Shown here: positions 52,200 to 64,000 of the stretch, piece by piece
Layout: every line of letters begins with the position of its first letter
Position numbering within the stretch: the stretch's first letter is position 1
From: Tubulanus polymorphus
Taxonomy: Eukaryota > Animalia > Nemertea
Direction: 5' to 3'
DNA: 64,000 nt
Assembly (NCBI RefSeq): GCF_964204645.1
Contig: NC_134030.1
Coordinates: 3,576,778-3,640,777 of the forward strand
Translations under genes and position numbers: made by a program
The notes under the pieces: model-generated
Told to the model about the DNA's origin: nothing
Database searches by the model: none
What the model saw: only the letters and a program-made list of their open reading frames with translations

Positions 52200-52970
52200 C
52201 AGACTGAGTCTACTCCATCCCCCGCTGCTGCTGCTGCTGCTCTTATCCTTGTCTCATCGTCAGATCGATACTACACGGGCGGAGATGTGAGTAGAGAGCG
52301 AGCGAGCGGAGCATTCCCTCATTCAAACACAGCGTTGTCTGCGTTCATCCGTCGTTACCGTGGTAACCGCGTTACTACGGTTACAGCGAGTATAAACACG
52401 GATGCGCGCCGGGGATAAGGTTGAAAATGCGAGACTAGTTCCCACGTCTCGCCGTTAACCACTCTACTTCTCTTCACTTCCTCTCGTAACGAGGCAGCAC
52501 CTACTCGGATTCATCGCGTTTTGATTCATCTCGCATTTGCAGCAAATTCTGAGAAATACTGCCGAGAAACAATGAATAATGGATACGTGAAGGGGGGTGT
52601 GGGGGTGGGGGGACGGCTTCAATGATTGATCGATGCGTAAACAACAAAAATCACCTGGGGTTTCCGTGAAACGCGCTACAGCTTTGACAGTCACCGACAC
52701 CGGGGAAAAAACAAACCACACATCGGTTCAGTTTTATCAATGATTTCGGTAGATTAGCGGTTATGAATTCGCTGTATCCTCGATGAATGATTAGATAAAA
52801 ACAGGTACTTTCCAATCGATCATTCGATCAATGTCGACGACGTCCTTTTTCTCGGAACATCTATTTGCAGTTCATTCTCAGAAAGAACGTAATGACTTAG
52901 GCAAGTCTCGCGCGTGATTACTTTAAATAGTGGATGTTTCCACTCTGTTCGTTCAGTTCATTCTACGCAG
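52200..52970 (+). promoter_or_regulatory. Candidate internal promoter/first exon of DYRK1A ending in a short phase-1 ORF (52934-52970, MFPLCSFSSFYA-G)
   Basis: GA-repeat tract, X-box GTTACCGTGGTAAC at 52354-52367, CpG enrichment, donor CAG|GTAGTA at 52971. Confidence 0.45.
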
Positions 52971-55900
52971 GTAGTATTTATTCATAGCCGTCATAACACC
53001 GACCATTCCGTCGGGATCAAACTGGCCTGAATCAGACCCTGGTCAATTTTGGCCCATGCTTAATTTATAAATCACTCACTCATTACTTTTAAAAAACAAT
53101 GCTGTTAAAATTGAGATGAGTCGCTTCCACGGAGGCCAGTTAGGATTTACGGGTTCACGCTCAATGATTTGACCTGTGCTCAGATTTGGCATGGCCTGGC
53201 CCATTGTTTTTGGTTGGACCAAATTTGGCCTTGGAAAATATGAATATTGTTATGAGCTATCGAGGTTTGCGCCACATGTTGGAAATATTAGATTGGTACG
53301 ATATCAGGTTCGAGGTGAAATATGAAAATGGATACATGTTGCCCTTTTATCCTTGAAACATTATTGTGATCGATTTTTGATCGGGTTTATTGTTTTTGTT
53401 TATTAAAACTCTCGACGTGTCGTCTCAGCGTGATGTTTATTATTTAAAAGTTCGACAAAAAATGCGATGACGTCAACAATAACAACAACGATGATGATTG
53501 CGAGTAGATAATGCCTGGCACGTGCAGCGCGCACGTTCGTTCGTTTCGCTGCTCCGGGCGCTTCTGAATTATTGAATACGTTACAAAAACTTGTACATGC
53601 GGATATCGAAGATCGCGTTCAGATCATGTTCGGCATACGCCAGAAGCGACTTCATACGCAGGGGTGGGTGGATGTTTGGCTTTGATCAGTGGCTTTGTAA
53701 CGTTTAAATGTCAATGTCTCGTATTTATTCAGTCAGTGTTTACCCATCGGTGTTTCTTCAATTGACGTGACGAAATGTTCAATCGAACTCAGTTGCATTC
53801 AATACACAAATATTATGATTTTATTTGTTAATCGTTTTTCTGTTTTTCCGGAAAAAAAGTGTAGGTCAATGTCATAGAACTAGTGAGTTTCAAGAGATAG
53901 AACACGGTATGAATCTAGAATCTGAAGCCGAGGGACTATAGAACCAGAGTGCGAGATCAAGCTAAAAAGCTGGATTGGAGGAGCTTGGCAAATGATTGGA
54001 GTAAAATTGGTGTAATTGGTTGGTATAAAGCATAGGAGCCAGAACTAGAGGAGCTTAGTAAAGGACTAGAATGATTACCTAGAACAGGCTTTATACAGAC
54101 TCTTCTTTATTGCAGTGTATGTACAGTTTTTCGTGACTCGTATATTTTAGGAGCTGATAAAATTTACTGAATTGAGATATCGCTTTGAACTCCCGTTTTA
54201 GGTCGAGCTCAACTTAAATATAGCAGCATTTCATCGATGAAATTGTTAATGGGTCCTATAGAACTCATAGAACTGGATCATGACTCCCGAGCCTGTCATT
54301 ACAGTACTGTATGCGTTAAATCGATATCTGAATAACAGGTGTCAAGTCTACAGTTCATCTAACATTGTTGTAGATAATGATTTATTCGCATGTTTAATCG
54401 ATCAGACCTGACTGAGTATTGGTTATATATGTGACCACACCCAAAAGCGCCAGTCCCTTTATCCGCGTACTAGCAACTCACTCAACAGTAGTTTCTTGTC
54501 ATTAATATACATTTATTTAGGAATTGAGCGACCATTTCTCTAGTTGTTAATGACCCTTTCATCGCGCCGCTGACTAGCCTGATGTGCTGTAGGGACGTTT
54601 AAAAGATTTCGAAAAAAATTCCATTCCAGTGTGTTTATGACGGGCATACATGCTGTAGTCTGTCTACACCACAAAGCCTATCACTGATTTATATTTGTGG
54701 ACGCACTGAAAGGGATATAAACTTGGCTTTAATTGCCTGTCTATAACAGTGTTGAGACGAGTTGGGCCACTGGACCAGTGATATCAGCTGATATCAAAGC
54801 GTATGTGAACGCACTGCATTGATTTGGTCTATTTTGAATTGGTCCGTTCTAAATTGCTGAGTGGAAGAAGACTTATAAATGTATATGCATATCCCTCTTC
54901 CCCGACCTTGTCAAACAATGGGAGCATATATATTTAAATGTTCCGGAAATTGCGTTAGTACGTGTACGTAATTGAACCTGACTGTAATCGCGACTAACTT
55001 GGATATATTTCAGTTTTTCCATCAAACATGTCCGATTTTATCGTAACCTCAATCCGACTTCGGCCGTTAATGCGTCGTGGCCGATAATGCCGCTGCGTCT
55101 CCTATAAGCAATTAAGGCGAACACTAAAAAGTCGTTTTCTGCGAATTCGGTTCGTTATGAATACGTAATTACGAGTCGTGCCGGTCAAGCTGTCTGCGTC
55201 GTCACTGACTCCTGGGATCGTGATGCTATCATCACAGATTAGATCCGCATATCGCGTTTAAAGATAACAAAACGATGATATCAATTAGTTCACAGATAAA
55301 GATTACAGTCGTTTTTTAGGTTCCCGAAGATCTTCCGAGTGTCGTCAGTTTTACGATTGTCAGGATTTATTGTCCCTTCTAAATACTTAATATTTTCTGC
55401 CCCCATCGGAGGAGATAGGGCCTAGTAAGATCGTGAATGCTTTCAAACTTGACTGGAGAGTAGTTAATACTCTTAAGAGCTAATACTACAAAAATTATTG
55501 AAGTACTCTTGGAATCAGAATGTTTCTAGTTCATTTTCAATTACACCACTATTTTAGATGTCAAATTGTGGTGAAAACTACTAAAGATGCAGATACCAAA
55601 GTAGTCAGGTCTGTGTGCTGTGTAAAGATTAATCAGAGCTTATCTAAATGCGTGATTTGCTTAGTAATTTCGGAATACCAAAATTTGAGATCGAAGTTAA
55701 TTTAAAATTAACTAATTTTGATTTAGTACATCTACACCTTATATGCGCTATTTGACTGTGCTTGTGTACATCGCTTTATTTTTGGAGTCGAGTATGCAGT
55801 GGTCAATATTGTGTTTATTCTCAGCAGTAGCAGTAGCAGTAACAGTACAGGTTCGTGGACAGCAGACAACTCATAGGTATCATCATCATCAATCGATCAA

Positions 55901-57804
55901 TAATCGTGATATATCATTTGTACAGTGGTCGGTAGTGACTGCGACAGATTGTCTGCCGTCACGCGTGACGTCTGAACCTGCGTAGTCTCGTGATGTCATC
56001 ATCCTGCGTAGTTTCGTGAAGTCATCATCCCTACCGTCTGTCTCATCTGTGACATCATCACAATTTGTAATCTGCTATCCTTCCGCTATCTCCGATGACG
56101 TCAAACAGTATTTCAATTCATCCGCTGTATTCTCCACTTATATCTTGAAAAAAGGAATGTCCTCCTATTTGATTGATTTCATTTGAATTGTCCCTTACAC
56201 ACTGGCCACTACCTGCTAGAGATGGAACTGACCAGTCGGGGGTTTGATTTTGAAGGAACAGCCACCTCTGTTAAGATTGTGCTGCCCTTTTACTTCAAGC
56301 TCTCAATGTTCTCAAAGTCAATGTTCTGTGAATGCTTAAAATGTTTGTTTCTTAGAAAAATGATTCAATCTATAATAGCTGATTATACCAAACGGCTTTT
56401 TTGAAACGTTTTGGGGGAGATGAATAGTTTAGTTCAGCGGGACAACAATTTTCTCAAATCCTATCACATAATGGATAACACTGAATACAGGTCATAAAAG
56501 GGGGTGTATCAATTTTTCATTGTCTTGGATTTTTCCGACTCGGTGGCTTCTTAATCATTTATGATTTTGGGGGATTCAAAACATTTGACGTCAAAATATT
56601 TGGACTGTCTCTCAAACGGATCGGCGTTCTGACTTGCGAGCCTTGTGTATCGTGCATACTGGTAATGTCAACTGGGCCTCTTAATTGTTAATTAATGCTC
56701 AGCGGTTCATCAAGGTTGTGTATCGTCCCCAGTGTTTAATTATGGTTGAGTCATATAGAACAGTGAAGTGTAGACTGTATCGTCAGTACAGCACGAATAT
56801 CATACTGATATCATGAGTAGTTTCCAATAACGAGTACTTTTTGTCTAGTGCTTTTCAAGTCGTCACCAGTCCCATTATTGGTTTAGAAGACTATGCTGTT
56901 TAAAGTATTCATGCGCTTTTAGTTTTTTATGACGAGGTTACTAGTCCTTTTATTTATCATAGGACTATCTGGCCTGAAGTACTTACTGTACCTGCTATAC
57001 CTGCATTCTTTAAGAATGAGTCAATATTATAATGAAGCGCGAGAAGTTCCTATCTATCATCGGATCAGTCAATCAGATATTCCCTATCTTCATTCCGAGA
57101 AAGACCTCTTCGTTTCAATTCAACCCAGGAAAAATACGATTATTTTTCGAGCCATCTACACGATCGCTCCTTGGGTGGCGAGGAAGATAAATATGTGTTG
57201 CCCGTGGAAATTGCGATACTGTATACGGGGTTTCAAATCCACGTACTGTCTTCCACCACTCACCTATACCTGATGCACACCTTCTTATAAAAAAGAATTA
57301 ATCAACATTCTATATTTGTATGTGTTATTGGATGATCTTGCTCAAGGATGTAGTGTTTACATGCTGCTTAATGTAATCGGGTGTTAAATCTGGAACAATA
57401 GTGAGGGAGGGAGTTCCTTTGGGGGAGGATCTCCTTACGAAGATGACATTTAAATGTCACGGTGATTCAGTACATGACACTGCATGTGTGTGTGTGTCTC
57501 GAGACTGACTGCACACGAGGAGTCCTGCGGCTGCGGCTGCGGCTGCTGCTAGAATGATTTTATTGAAAAATCTTTAAATGAAAGCTTTTGATCAGGTTCC
57601 GTGTGTGGTCGGTTAAATTTTGCTACGGAGTTAGATTAGTTTTAATATCTGATGTCCTAACTGGAATCACAATATAACGGAGAACTCTGCACCTGAGTCC
57701 TCAATAACAGAGTTCAACGTTTGTTTGTGATACTAGACCTCTCTCTTTCTCTCTCTGTATTGATTTATGTATTGTCAGTCGCAGTGATGTTTGTGATTTT
57801 TTAA

Positions 57805-64000
<6,196 letters not shown>

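Noticed and set aside
55743-55985. Signal-peptide-like ORF in the DYRK1A intron
   Set aside because: Hydrophobicity comes partly from a (GCAGTA)n repeat, and the nearby donor is phase 0, so it does not match.

Overview
AT-rich, intron-rich eukaryotic genomic DNA. It is an invertebrate bilaterian, probably a lophotrochozoan/spiralian; that is inferred from the gene set and intron style, not proven. Coordinates and exon models were read by hand. Genes in order: (1) first coding exon of a probable METTL24-like paralog running off the left edge (- strand); (2) a complete 6-exon METTL24-like type II membrane methyltransferase (-, 2794-7817), head-to-head with (3) CFAP44/WDR52 (+, 8967-30109, about 33 exons, including a U12-type intron, a GC-AG intron and a 1.57-kb disordered cassette-type exon); (4) metaxin-2 (+, 32770-36132); (5) the 5' half of DYRK1A/minibrain (+, from about 37.6 kb to the window end). 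The most striking unannotated structure is in DYRK1A. Its 20-kb 5' region holds a series of candidate alternative first exons whose short ORFs all end in phase 1, matching the shared exon at 57815. One has a Kozak-flanked ATT in place of ATG and one is preceded by a stop/start-overlapping uORF. A further phase-0 internal first exon would bypass the DCAF7-binding segment. Several of these candidate promoters carry RFX X-box motifs. Introns hold many MITEs with readable target-site duplications (3, 5, 6, 9 and 10 bp). I found no tRNA, rRNA, CRISPR array or autonomous transposase.
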